From the IMG/VR virus record IMGVR_UViG_3300030419_006925, positions 1 through 64,000 of that record: a stretch of DNA of 64,000 nt; one strand, written 5' to 3'. The translations under genes were made by a program, and so were the position numbers. Of this stretch, positions 30,301-39,244 are shown one piece after another (the first letter of the stretch is position 1; every line of letters begins with the position of its first letter). This DNA comes from a virus. The notes under the pieces are model-generated. The model did no database searches, was not told where the DNA came from, and saw nothing but the letters and a program-made list of their open reading frames with translations.

Positions 30301-33300
30301 CAATGCTTACGATCTCATGTACTTCTCTATAATTTCCAATTGGACCATAATGCATTTGAGAAGGATAGCTTGTGGACGCGTCCATGGAACTAGTCACCAT
30401 GCGAATATTTTTGATATTTACCGGCCTCTTGGCTATTGCATCTCGATATAAATAAGCCTTTGGAAATGGTGCATGTGGATAAGGCTCAGAATGATCGGAG
30501 ACTCTCAAATCCGGAGGAGGATAATCTGGACCGACCATACCAATCGCACCACTGACATTCAGGTCTCGGGAGCCATGGAGGCCACTGCTTCCGGGTCGGG
30601 TACCGAGTAGAATTTTCCACGCTTCGGGGCGGGACGTCGTACTATCTGAGCCCTCATTCAGAGGGATGTGTCTCGATTGATGGCCGCCAACATATCTTTC
30701 AGTAAAGGGCCCTTGCATTGGCTTTTCTAACTGGGGCCCGTAGACATCGTTGTGAAGATTGGTGATCTCAATGCTTCCTGATACTAAGTGAACTACCTCT
30801 TTATTAAATCCGGATTCAACCGAGGAACTCATTATATTAAAAGGAAAAGCAATTGAGGACTTGACATTCTTGTAGCCTATTCCGCTTTCCCAATCGCGGC
30901 CATGTTGTACTTTGAAGACTCTTTTAAATTTTCTTATTTTATTTTTAGGTAAAGTTTCATCATTAAATTCTCTTGGAGATACCCGATCTCTAGTCAGTGC
31001 AAGAAGAACATTTGTGGGTACATAAATATTATTGTTCGTGCTCACGGGTCCGCCGGGCTTTAGGGCGGTAAACGTATAATCAAGACTCTTTTGTGGTTCA
31101 AAATTTACACCGCCTTTGATTGTTTGCGTTGTTCCCCTAGAGGACGGACTCTCTGTTGTTCGATTCGCATACGGATTCTCTATCGTAAAACTCACAGGGC
31201 CGCCAAGGGCTCGGCGCTTAAAGAGATCTTTTGTGTATTTTGTTCCGTCGGCCAACGATGTGACCAGCGCGCTGGAGGACAATCGCGGCGATGAATATAT
31301 TACGTCTCTGTAAATATCTCTATGAGAGTCGATGATTATATCACCGCTTGTTATTTCTTCTGCGCTGGCGCTGGCCCGGGCTCTCCAAAATTCTGGTCGT
31401 ACTGTTGCATCCCGAGGCGAGGAGGGTACCGGAGAAGAGCCGCGGAGCCAATTGTAGCTCTGTTCTATAATTCCGCCCATTGATGCATCAACTTCGGCGT
31501 CATGACTGTCGATCATCGGTAAACGAGATTGGTATTTGTTTCTTTCTAACACATGGCTTTCAATAACGTTTTTAACTTCTGGTATGAAGTCGGAAGATGC
31601 CGGCACCATTTGTTCTATTATCTCGGTTATCGAATCATCAAACCATTTGTAATATTCTATATATTTTTCAACTTCGGCGACGTCAGACACCCTTCTAAAG
31701 AACATCTGTCTCAGTTTTTCAAGATCTTTATATCGATCACGATATCTGTTAACCGGCGCGCCAATAAGATTATGGAAGTCGGTTACGCCAGCAAAAAAAG
31801 ACAACATTTCTTCAGAAATTGACGCGTACAAGCTTTTTTCGATTGAGTAGATAAAATTAGGAATAATCTCCTCACGCTTCAAGTTCTGGAACATCACGTC
31901 TTCGTCGGAAAAGATTTGCACCATATCCGAAGCAACAGCTTGTTCTGGATCAATAAACTTATATGTATTAATGGCTCTCTTGTCAACTACATCGCTGGAA
32001 GATGTTGAAAAATCGTATCCCAAGCCATCGTATTGGTAGCCAGAAATCATACCCAATTCGCCAAAATTATCTCGTGTCTCTTGGGAGCCTGAACTAAAAT
32101 CTTGTACAATAAACTGTCCTATATTGTCTGAAGAGGTTACATTTAGGAAGTTCCAATTCAAAGCCAAAGTGTCTCTATTTCTAGGCGTGTAACCCCAACC
32201 GGCCTGATCGTCTCCGTCACCAGCACTTCCAGAATACAATGCTGTAATGTGCTGGTAGGAGCCCGAAATTCCGATGTTTTCGGGATCCAGTGCGTGTTGC
32301 AACAGCGAATTGTTGTCGATATATTTGGCCCAATACTTCGTGGAAGATATCAAAACATCCGACGGATGAACCACTGCTCCCGTTAAATCATTACGATGTG
32401 CACCAACGAACAGTCGCTTAGCTGCTCTGACAAAGTTTTGTCCTAAAGTTGAATCTATTGAAGCGCTAACTGTAAATGATCTATGGAGGTCCGCATTTCG
32501 CGGGTTGTATCCAGTAAACACAACATAATAGCCCTGCTCGCCGGGAGTGGACCAGCCGGCTGGTGTTGTTTCGGCGATGTATATTCGATCACCTTTCTTC
32601 GGCTTAATTCTAAATGACAAGTTCCAAAGCTCATTGTTGTATACATCAGAATAGGTGCTGCTTGTTAAAGCGAAACCGTTTCCGTTATTGGCGCCATCAG
32701 GCAGCGATGCGGTTAATTTAAAATATACATCATTCGAACCTTTTACATCTCTAACGGCATAAACATTAAAATTACAATGATTGTCTTGCTGTGGCACAAA
32801 AATGGTGCTGGTGCCGTCCTTGTTGGCGGTGGAGCCTGTGTCAACAGTCGTCATGCCGAATAAGGACGAGGTGTTGAATGATTCGATCTTTCTGTCTAAT
32901 TTTCTATTATGTTTCGAATAGAAGGGGAATATTATATTTGTCTCAACCGTAAATCCGAGCGCATCCTCAATTGGGTTGCGACCATCAGAAGCGGTGCCCA
33001 AGCCGCCAAGGATATATCCAGCCGACTCTGCATTTGTTGAAGATTTTTTCTGGTATATGACCGACCCAGTGTGTTGGCCGTGATTTAGATTTAGACAGTT
33101 ATCTCTCAGTAAGCGTTGCTGCAGATTGTTTCTGAGGATGTATTCATTATTGTTGGATCGTACATTTAATCTCAGCAATTTATCATCAATATTGAAACAC
33201 CTTAAGACATTCCTAATTGATTTTTCGGTACCTTTGGATTTGTACATGCTAGATAAATTGTTGTACAGATTTGTGTAAATTAGGTTTTTTGTTTCAGTGA

Positions 33301-35068
33301 GGTCGTTTTCAAATATTGTGTCCTCGTTTCTGTTTGCAAATTTTTCCAAGACAGTAGAGTCAACAAAAATTTCCGGAGTTAGCAAGCCTAAAGATTGGGG
33401 CAAATGCTCTGCAAATGCGATTGGCTTGTGTGACGCACTTGGATAAGATAGATGCCTTAATTTTGGTACTTCCGAAATTTGTAAATACAGTTTATCAAAA
33501 TATGTTCCAACTATATGAGACATATACTTAAGATCGGAATTCTCCTCTTCTGAATCTTCATCCAAGATCCAACCCGGCATTAAGCCAAGAAACGATGAGT
33601 TGTTGTTATAATCGTGAGTTGTTCCGGTTATCTCCAGCACTTCCGATAAGTTTTTTACATCTGGATGATTTTCGTAAATAATTGGATCGTGGTATTCTTT
33701 CGACGCTGCACTGGCGGAAACAATCGCCGAACCTGTGTTTCTGGAATTTGTTCCATAGCCAGTCCAAATGCCATTTGTAACTCGGCCGGCATAGTCCAGA
33801 ACCACACTATCGACACTAGACGTGCCCGTGATTCCTTCGTTGAATTTATAGTACACTCCAAGAGTTGTGTTGGCAATATCAGTGTTGACGCCGCCGCGGA
33901 TCTGTTGTCGCCAATTACGACCAATCTCTTGGTGGCTTCTCTTTACCTTCCAGTATCTAAATTCATCCATTGACCCACTAAGTCGGCCGGCACCAGCGAC
34001 GGTTGATGAGCCCGAGGGTGAGGTGATCAGGGCTCCTATTCGGGCCCTTGCGTTTTTTGATTTAAGTTCGCCAATATTAAATGTGGCTATATTTTCATCA
34101 TTTAGGTTTCCGTTAACATAAAGTTTAATACAAAAATCACTACCAGAGTTGAACATCGATACTGCATAATGGTTCCAATCTCCAAAGCTAGTTTGTAGAC
34201 TGGAGCTACCTACTTGGGCAGTGACGTGTTTTGTGTTCGGCTGGGCAGCGCCTGATTGGACAGTTACAAGGAACGGCTGTATTCCCTCGATTTCCTCTTC
34301 CGCATCAGTCTCTGGGGCTAAGTTTCCGGTCAACTCGATCGTAATTCGCCCATAATCAGTGCTAGAAGTGTCCTCGTTGTTCCACATATCAAAAACAACT
34401 TGTTTTTTGGTTATTCCATCGCCAATGGAGCCAGTCTTAAGCCAGAATTCCACCGTAACGCCATCATCAAAATTTGCTCTAAGGTTTGATGTTCTCGTAC
34501 CTTTACCATAATCAGATGGAAGACCTTCCGTTTGATATATGTCATCGTCATAAATGTTTGAATTTTGGAACTTGCTGTTATATTCGCTGGGTGTGAGGTG
34601 TTTTATCTGTCCGTCGTTTGTTGAACCTGTGCCCGGGCCACCCTTAAGTTCAATATACTCATTGGTCGTAGGGACGCCATATCCATCTGATGTGACTGAC
34701 GAGACCGCATATCCATCACGAGCAAAAGTGATATATCCGGTTGTTCGGGGGTAGCGATGTTTAAGTATGTATCTTTCAATATCCAAGCATTGATTATAAA
34801 ATTCGTTAATTTCTGCATCAGAGCCATCGTATGGATAGTAGTCTAGGATCCTGTTCATTGCGGATTTATAGTAAAGGCGCGCAGATCCAAATCTAGCAAA
34901 GTTTTCGGGCTTTGAATAATCTATCTGTGGAACGTATCGATCTTGATCAATTTTTACTTGTTCTACATTTCTAGATGATTCAACAGAATCAAACACATCT
35001 TTCTGGTTTGTGTTGCTTAGGTAATTTTTAGATGTGTCAGTTTTTCCGAATAACTTTTTAATACTCAT
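24344..35068 (-). CDS. Giant baseplate/tail protein with multiple LamG (concanavalin A-like) domains, gp7/P2-gpI-like wedge
   Basis: 3574 aa. LamG motifs (VTVEFWLKT...WNHYAVS...KLYVNG...MDEFRYW; WSVAMWV...WNHIVVV...IYVNG...MTDVSFF) and wedge-like YKSKGTEKSIRNVLRCF. Confidence 0.75.
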   Translation of the reverse strand: MSIKKLFGKTDTSKNYLSNTNQKDVFDSVESSRNVEQVKIDQDRYVPQIDYSKPENFARFGSARLYYKSAMNRILDYYPYDGSDAEINEFYNQCLDIERYILKHRYPRTTGYITFARDGYAVSSVTSDGYGVPTTNEYIELKGGPGTGSTNDGQIKHLTPSEYNSKFQNSNIYDDDIYQTEGLPSDYGKGTRTSNLRANFDDGVTVEFWLKTGSIGDGITKKQVVFDMWNNEDTSSTDYGRITIELTGNLAPETDAEEEIEGIQPFLVTVQSGAAQPNTKHVTAQVGSSSLQTSFGDWNHYAVSMFNSGSDFCIKLYVNGNLNDENIATFNIGELKSKNARARIGALITSPSGSSTVAGAGRLSGSMDEFRYWKVKRSHQEIGRNWRQQIRGGVNTDIANTTLGVYYKFNEGITGTSSVDSVVLDYAGRVTNGIWTGYGTNSRNTGSAIVSASAASKEYHDPIIYENHPDVKNLSEVLEITGTTHDYNNNSSFLGLMPGWILDEDSEEENSDLKYMSHIVGTYFDKLYLQISEVPKLRHLSYPSASHKPIAFAEHLPQSLGLLTPEIFVDSTVLEKFANRNEDTIFENDLTETKNLIYTNLYNNLSSMYKSKGTEKSIRNVLRCFNIDDKLLRLNVRSNNNEYILRNNLQQRLLRDNCLNLNHGQHTGSVIYQKKSSTNAESAGYILGGLGTASDGRNPIEDALGFTVETNIIFPFYSKHNRKLDRKIESFNTSSLFGMTTVDTGSTANKDGTSTIFVPQQDNHCNFNVYAVRDVKGSNDVYFKLTASLPDGANNGNGFALTSSTYSDVYNNELWNLSFRIKPKKGDRIYIAETTPAGWSTPGEQGYYVVFTGYNPRNADLHRSFTVSASIDSTLGQNFVRAAKRLFVGAHRNDLTGAVVHPSDVLISSTKYWAKYIDNNSLLQHALDPENIGISGSYQHITALYSGSAGDGDDQAGWGYTPRNRDTLALNWNFLNVTSSDNIGQFIVQDFSSGSQETRDNFGELGMISGYQYDGLGYDFSTSSSDVVDKRAINTYKFIDPEQAVASDMVQIFSDEDVMFQNLKREEIIPNFIYSIEKSLYASISEEMLSFFAGVTDFHNLIGAPVNRYRDRYKDLEKLRQMFFRRVSDVAEVEKYIEYYKWFDDSITEIIEQMVPASSDFIPEVKNVIESHVLERNKYQSRLPMIDSHDAEVDASMGGIIEQSYNWLRGSSPVPSSPRDATVRPEFWRARASASAEEITSGDIIIDSHRDIYRDVIYSSPRLSSSALVTSLADGTKYTKDLFKRRALGGPVSFTIENPYANRTTESPSSRGTTQTIKGGVNFEPQKSLDYTFTALKPGGPVSTNNNIYVPTNVLLALTRDRVSPREFNDETLPKNKIRKFKRVFKVQHGRDWESGIGYKNVKSSIAFPFNIMSSSVESGFNKEVVHLVSGSIEITNLHNDVYGPQLEKPMQGPFTERYVGGHQSRHIPLNEGSDSTTSRPEAWKILLGTRPGSSGLHGSRDLNVSGAIGMVGPDYPPPDLRVSDHSEPYPHAPFPKAYLYRDAIAKRPVNIKNIRMVTSSMDASTSYPSQMHYGPIGNYREVHEIVSIGGRYNNPRQFVENQPTLPDQLSNVNSTTNVRTILDVHREQEGHFKFVDDYDTGYLTGTVNKSVIVNRFSAPGGIEVQSRGYQDFKGGEYSPYNCISYRNLSVKKPSQGPSGSESEPAGGTPSLSRVRDIHDKDYGLYSHLARHTARFGRDSLHVSTPGATYEELPGFHKIHRNNKRIVTRTETITPVYSGSHLTNTSAVEWPYTDTTPKGSGFLITGSTYKSKFLYDGQNGPAQWSVAMWVWPTYMRTGTPVSRPNISNTLLSIGYYASNPGIHIYLGQQALADQSAPGVPGTTYVRMDLRTTDGNNNNRTVQFQQLSASVVTESWNHIVVVFSASAYNALSSGSTPGWTDDTITKPSIYVNGVSQVVSASGDAYARIGEMDATQNNFRNYAPLDVEGTVLIGTHPTPGSYEFTGAMTDVSFFSGALQASEVTSIYNSGVPCDLTASTYASASIVGWYRMGDGTNDSETIGNNDMFTYSIKNQVEDDNHAMAIVYSHSSNDTGLKYGTGGVPAGCTPTLDHYSSSYTFNTCESIYDNYNIQHVIPRTDKQYRWITQSLSDPDNLRYAGRQNTWDPERMPFFSASTGFESYYNFVTQSDITGSPTRGDRTTSKFQSCNVLNLLTLDPVHGRSGRRDDFGKSVSDGTIYNTLGHIFTEANIANNTLSQYPARLGAPKLPNVIIDTKAPDESLYSSQYLVHSASGNVHQANTSYLNLLLTRRGYQYGWTWKKFRQQEHPILRHEKKLNVLRCVTGSSLKLREFRMPPLSLKGRPSYINFDAPASMASKVGEENNITLKAIHTNETNFFNETAMNEFANVNPHGIQTPLKDVIAITKTPGYKLNWILYSQNVFPSMRNEFLSRSATRVGYLNEFWRDSATDRLPTYAPGIEWPLNSFGISRDMTGWQSLVSQSLWPLDPPEDFLTRTTILTGTTHSGNINRRTKSGELQNTWWGYKTITPSASNGVPAPHEWMAPSALYARKHVLGTPTSVAPSYAPQPSALSAVGHAAKTQDIFATANKIQPYAGEAAWDAPDQSGIFESTGSFVVSASAPWYDNYDDFRADLKLIARGFNIVPEYRISEHVESYLKYGINPYHKFDVFEIPGTNPAGTSSFQRDKGDNPRRYIRPIASSGSDFYIDYSNTDFWTLLGTTRDTVLQAEEIKMTCEAAIKYNPYRGFYPADATIDLVSAFSRSFADQLQVSSRPAYGGDDFTLSGRDAFRYYPGWLKPIIDPLFSPGILYNSIKSGIAVDYPIITDNDKVQREWYGSASADNNWALSITGCVASATPEGYNGGMYWDKRLPFETIINPQQHMAELGIVEMESHPSMSFAVTGADVQAVTNPQNGSARHVITASMTMGGSEKLYELKARNFFGAVPNFFLEDGGLTSLRSKVVPDDLRFPSGSVYMGRIWIEPSHNGKLYYHQEYDHNDEQNGYYGRRGVKVCASNGNTGRGTWRPEQFPSRFTGSNGFKQTYTMYNRVSAFGPDCAGRPTGSGALLSPFLRSARDSFSGYNGAFTPPYFDGMARVDLVFRPHVDDGKAVSDAYSLERILAETKVSYRRFDSGYRLKLTASAAGDPHQPVLLPVESSRSASYGPIQPSGDKTIPSIYDGYRIDVNSMQLSSAFNLFGVERVLEAERDQFGNPRNTTNKAVGKRWVIQPKWETPMADFTDASPTQPTYGATSTPVGMWHQFGKVIDDPSKGIKFGITDIPESWLKFHYEMTLSASIYNDYDISDLAKNSSLYKRVKSLSNLLGFDRENSTRKLGVLKKKQTVWEAVVAIPYVIDEVEQVELERINKEASIDRKYRKKFIQIPPSRVRAALEGYPGTTAGDSTTVAGQSIRNLERLVREKYVFPPQFDFVRNEDIDAIAMYVFEFKYEFDKDDLNYMWQNLAPRNYKKASIQKHSVAHNLSDNEMINKEILKNDHLRWMVFKVKQRGMHDYYDMVADQIDGTTSQIFDNVVTKDGFEISYNWPYDYLSIVELVRIDVDVLLK

Positions 35069-37016
35069 AGTCTTCTACTCTAAATTTGAATATTTCGTTT
35101 TGTTCTTGCCAAGATGACAATCCTGAGTCATAGAAAGATAGCTTAAGTCCATATTCGTATCCCGGCTCTAATAAGCTCATATCCAAATCAAAATAATTCC
35201 CAGACACATCATAAGACAATATAGTATTAAGGTCTGAGCCTGTGCCGTGAGAAAGGGCCTCGTAGCCGTCAAGAGTCCTAAAGACCCTGTAAGATGCACT
35301 CTGAATTGCTACAATCTGTGGGGTTGCGGTTGCCTTGCTGTAAATCGATGGGTTCCAATTCTTTTCTCTAATGTAGACATTAAATCTCGCTATCTGATCT
35401 CGCATATAGCTGTTTTGTAAATTGGTAACGTTGATATAATAGGTCGGCTCTCTCCGGTTGTCTCCCGCGGACATAACTATCGGCTTAACCGAGCCCGTAA
35501 AATACTGTGTAACGGAGCCTGAGCCTCTTGCGGTGCCATCATCATGCCAAACATCATAAACAGTATCTAACGTGACTGTGGCTGATTTAGTGAGCGCCAC
35601 TGAGCAGGTATAGATGCCCGTGGAGATCCATCCGCCGGTCATGACAGTATCATTGTTGTACATCACAAGCCTATCTCCGTCTGGAGCCGTGTCGTTGCTT
35701 GAGCCAGAATATAGACTAACAAAGATGTACTCTTTGCCAATGTTCGGTATATCTCTTAGACTACCTCTAACATAGTTGTAAAGATACAGCGTATTTAGAT
35801 TGTCATCTGGGCCGGCCAAAGAGCTACTAAAATAGAAATTACCTCTATCATCTCTTTTTACATCCGTGTTCCAGCGGGCCTCAAGACACGGGCGTTTGAA
35901 AAAATATTGACTTCCTCGACCGAAGAAGCGCTTGGTATAATATGATTTTTTAGATCCGCTTGGGTTATGAATCACACTACCAGAGTTCTTGCCAGTAGAA
36001 TGAGAAAAGTAGGCCTCATAACTAGCGGAAAGCCTAACACCGACACCATAGTTTGTTACTGTGCCAGCGATCCAATCTTCGACCAAGGAGGTGATATCTA
36101 CCTCTACATCTTCCAATCCTGTAGAGAATGACTGAACGTAAGACGGCGAATCGGCATAGTCACCACCAACATTTTTCCAAGGTCCATCGCCCCCCGAGTA
36201 GTGATAGCCGCCAGAGCTTGCCATGGTTACGACACTGTCGTCAATGCCAGTCCCGGTCACGTTAAGTGAACTGTTCTTGTTGCCCCCTAATCCGGCGGCG
36301 GTCTGAGTCAACGTAACAGTTGCACTAGATGCAGAGGCTGATACATTTAAAGAACCGGCATCGTTTGCTGCATTGACTGCCGCGGCTATATTTGTGGCAA
36401 ATTGGGAGGCGTTACTGTTGGCATTTCCAAAGGCTATTTTTGTAGCCGTGGATGTAGAGAGAGAGTTATCAATAGTAAACGTTACAGAGTTGCCTGCGAC
36501 GTCAGTAATAACCAAAGTTCTGGTGTTTGCTTGGCCTGCGGTTTTGCTTAGGGCGGTCAACGTTGCGGTAGCATTCTGGCTATTTCCATTTGCATTTATC
36601 CAGTTTGAGCCAGTACCATTGTTTGTTTTGTCTCTATAGTTTTCTAAATCAAGACCGTCTCCCTCTTCCCATTGATTAGTTACAGGCTGTACAAACAATT
36701 TATAATCTTTGGGAACAGTTTTTGTAGTTCCAGCCGAATACATTCTCAAATACCAACTAACGCTTCCACTTGCTGGTATTTTTCCCGCTGTGCGATCTGA
36801 TGACATTGTGCTTGTTGGGAATTTTATCAAAATTCTTGATAATTCTTGGGAACCGGTGGAAGTGGAGGCGCTTATTTCTTGGCGGGCCCAGATTGAATAA
36901 ACTTCCAAAATATCTGCCTCACCCGCATTTGAACCAGTTGCTCTCTTTGTTAAATTTGAATAATAAGTGTTGACTATTGTATTATCTGCATCAGCAACGT
37001 ATCGTTTTGTGCCCAT
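35058..37016 (-). CDS. Virion protein with DNRLRE/CBM96-like domain, Ala/Thr-rich insertion and Ig-like C-terminus
   Basis: ADADNTI...SRILIKF...WEEG...SNW...W..GGDY...DITSLVEDW...NYG...P.LEARW. Confidence 0.6.
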   Translation of the reverse strand: MGTKRYVADADNTIVNTYYSNLTKRATGSNAGEADILEVYSIWARQEISASTSTGSQELSRILIKFPTSTMSSDRTAGKIPASGSVSWYLRMYSAGTTKTVPKDYKLFVQPVTNQWEEGDGLDLENYRDKTNNGTGSNWINANGNSQNATATLTALSKTAGQANTRTLVITDVAGNSVTFTIDNSLSTSTATKIAFGNANSNASQFATNIAAAVNAANDAGSLNVSASASSATVTLTQTAAGLGGNKNSSLNVTGTGIDDSVVTMASSGGYHYSGGDGPWKNVGGDYADSPSYVQSFSTGLEDVEVDITSLVEDWIAGTVTNYGVGVRLSASYEAYFSHSTGKNSGSVIHNPSGSKKSYYTKRFFGRGSQYFFKRPCLEARWNTDVKRDDRGNFYFSSSLAGPDDNLNTLYLYNYVRGSLRDIPNIGKEYIFVSLYSGSSNDTAPDGDRLVMYNNDTVMTGGWISTGIYTCSVALTKSATVTLDTVYDVWHDDGTARGSGSVTQYFTGSVKPIVMSAGDNRREPTYYINVTNLQNSYMRDQIARFNVYIREKNWNPSIYSKATATPQIVAIQSASYRVFRTLDGYEALSHGTGSDLNTILSYDVSGNYFDLDMSLLEPGYEYGLKLSFYDSGLSSWQEQNEIFKFRVEDYEY

Positions 37017-38812
37017 TATCTAACCGTTCCTTTAATATCCGTTTCAGGAAATTTAATTTCTGCGATTGCATTTTGAGGAATTATGAGATAATCTCCTTCT
37101 GGTGATAAATTTTTATTTATGTCGATTGTTGCACTTGAGTAATTCGTCCCTGTTTTGCTAACAAATTTTGCCTTGATCACATCCAACACACCATCAACTT
37201 CTTTTAAGATCGAGTAGATATCGCTTATGTATAGTGGCTCTCCAATAAAAAGCTTAGTATCAAAATGTTCTCGCAACGACTCAACACACTTGTCGAGTGT
37301 GGTGTATTTATCGCTGCCCGGAAGGGCTTTTATCATAAACTGTATTCCCAAATTAACAATAAACGGATCTATTATATCAATAGTGTCATTCAACATTCTA
37401 TATTGATTTAACCAGACTTTTAAATTCTTCTTAATTGTAGAATTTGTTTTGGTCAAGTTTCCAAATGAATCTTCTGACACAACATACATATTTAAATTTC
37501 TTTTTTGGGAATCAGCATCTTTTTGTACAGAAACTCTCTTAATTGAACCAAATTTAGCTGGCATTCTATATGCCAAATTTTCATAATCTGCTTGTGTTAC
37601 TGCTCTGTTTTGAGTTGGGAAGGTGTCGAAAATTCTTTGCTTAATTTCTTCTGAATTGGGATTGGTCACGTCGCCAACTATGGGAGTTTCATTGTATACC
37701 TCAACCGTGCTTGTAATTGTATCAATTATCTCCTCCGACAGTCTAGAGCGTTCTTCGAATTCAAGCTCGACACTATTGACGGTCGTTATCTGGCCGGATG
37801 CGGCGTTTGAATTTCTCGGATTTGAAGTGCGAAGATTTATGGTTAAGGTGGTATCTTGTGGTACTATTCCAAAACTTTCATTTTTTGATAATTTTGTGGG
37901 ATCAAAAGTTGTGTCTGTGACATAGGTTTTTCCGAATATATCCATGGAGACGTTTTGCGGATCGGAAACTACATTTGATTCTCCTGATTTGCCGCTTCCA
38001 AATTGCAAAAATGTACTTAAAGTGTCTCTCTCAACGGTAAATTTTCTTGAAACCAAAAATGGCTTTAATATGGATGGAACATAATCATTCCTATGATTAT
38101 CGTTTCTAAATTCTTTAAATACCATATCTTGTGCTAAGTAATCTACTTCAAAATACTCATTTCCTTCGGAATCGTACACTGAGATGATCTCTGACACGTT
38201 TGCAGTGTTAAGTTTAACTTTTTTGAACCTCTCGTAAGCGCCCACCTTAAGTTGCTCGGTCTTAAATATTCCAGAAACAACTGGGCCATACGCTTTTATT
38301 GCATAATAAGTTGGAGAGCCGGTATTAGAATCGGTTCTAGCCACTACAACTGGATATTTTGGATCTGCAAAATCGATGTTTTCCGTTAGCACAAAGTTTA
38401 GGCCCGCTTCGCTAGAGAAGGAGGCGCCGCGTTTTAAAATGGGGAGATATTTTCCATCTGGACCAAGAGATGTTTGAGATGCTGGTACAATTATATAAAT
38501 CGCAACGGTACCGTAGGTCGAGGGCCGGCCAGTATATTTATAACCTAGAGCGCGGCCATGGCGGAGCACATTATTAAATTGATACGCTGTGTCTAGGAAC
38601 GACTCATTCACATTGTAATCTAAATAGAACGACAACTGATCCCCTACGTAAGAAACTGCGTCGATCATGAGGGAACCAAACGAAGCTTCGCTAAAATCTT
38701 GGAAAGAGTCGGGATATAACCTTTCTGCTATCTGTAGTAGATCTCTTCTGATAGAAGAATATTCCCTACTAGTATAATTGATTGGCATTATTTTCTTTTG
38801 ATTTTTTGGCAT
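37016..38812 (-). CDS. Baseplate wedge subunit (T4 gp6/baseplate J-like)
   Basis: INYTSREYSSIRRDL, DFSEASFG, ESFLDTA, ALGYK, FGSG, QNRAVTQADYE. Confidence 0.88.
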   Translation of the reverse strand: MPKNQKKIMPINYTSREYSSIRRDLLQIAERLYPDSFQDFSEASFGSLMIDAVSYVGDQLSFYLDYNVNESFLDTAYQFNNVLRHGRALGYKYTGRPSTYGTVAIYIIVPASQTSLGPDGKYLPILKRGASFSSEAGLNFVLTENIDFADPKYPVVVARTDSNTGSPTYYAIKAYGPVVSGIFKTEQLKVGAYERFKKVKLNTANVSEIISVYDSEGNEYFEVDYLAQDMVFKEFRNDNHRNDYVPSILKPFLVSRKFTVERDTLSTFLQFGSGKSGESNVVSDPQNVSMDIFGKTYVTDTTFDPTKLSKNESFGIVPQDTTLTINLRTSNPRNSNAASGQITTVNSVELEFEERSRLSEEIIDTITSTVEVYNETPIVGDVTNPNSEEIKQRIFDTFPTQNRAVTQADYENLAYRMPAKFGSIKRVSVQKDADSQKRNLNMYVVSEDSFGNLTKTNSTIKKNLKVWLNQYRMLNDTIDIIDPFIVNLGIQFMIKALPGSDKYTTLDKCVESLREHFDTKLFIGEPLYISDIYSILKEVDGVLDVIKAKFVSKTGTNYSSATIDINKNLSPEGDYLIIPQNAIAEIKFPETDIKGTVR

Positions 38813-38826
38813 TTAAAGTTCTCTCC

Positions 38827-39195
38827 CTAAATAGTAAATTCCAGCATTTCAGTTATACCGATATCTGGTATACCATAAGTTAGTGCGATGCCCAAGGTGT
38901 TGCTGTCTGCTCCAGCGGCACTAAACTGTATGTTGATCACTGAAACTACAGGCATAAATTTATTTATTTGCTCTCTTATTCTTGTCTCTATCATTACATA
39001 TGTTTGAGAGCCAAAATTTTGAAACAGAAAATTTCTTAAACCAACACCAAACTCCGGCTCCATGACTCTTTCGCCGGGGGCTGTTAAAATCAACATCTTA
39101 AGATTCTGCCTGACGAGTGCTCTAAAATTTTTTATCATAGTAAAGCCGTCGATCGAATTTTTAGTAATCGGTAGTGCTACTCCAAATGAAGACAT
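38827..39195 (-). CDS. Baseplate wedge subunit gp25/GPW-like
   Basis: QNLKMLILTAPGERVMEPEFGVGL...LF. Confidence 0.9.
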   Translation of the reverse strand: MSSFGVALPITKNSIDGFTMIKNFRALVRQNLKMLILTAPGERVMEPEFGVGLRNFLFQNFGSQTYVMIETRIREQINKFMPVVSVINIQFSAAGADSNTLGIALTYGIPDIGITEMLEFTI

Positions 39196-39211
39196 TTTTT
39201 AGAACCTCCTA

Positions 39212-39219
39212 ATAAATAG
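39212..39219 (-). promoter_or_regulatory. Candidate late promoter CTATTTAT
   Basis: Intergenic, immediately upstream of the AGGAGG RBS of the gp25-like gene. Confidence 0.5.
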
Positions 39220-39244
39220 CTGCTTTAATTATTTGTGCACCGAA

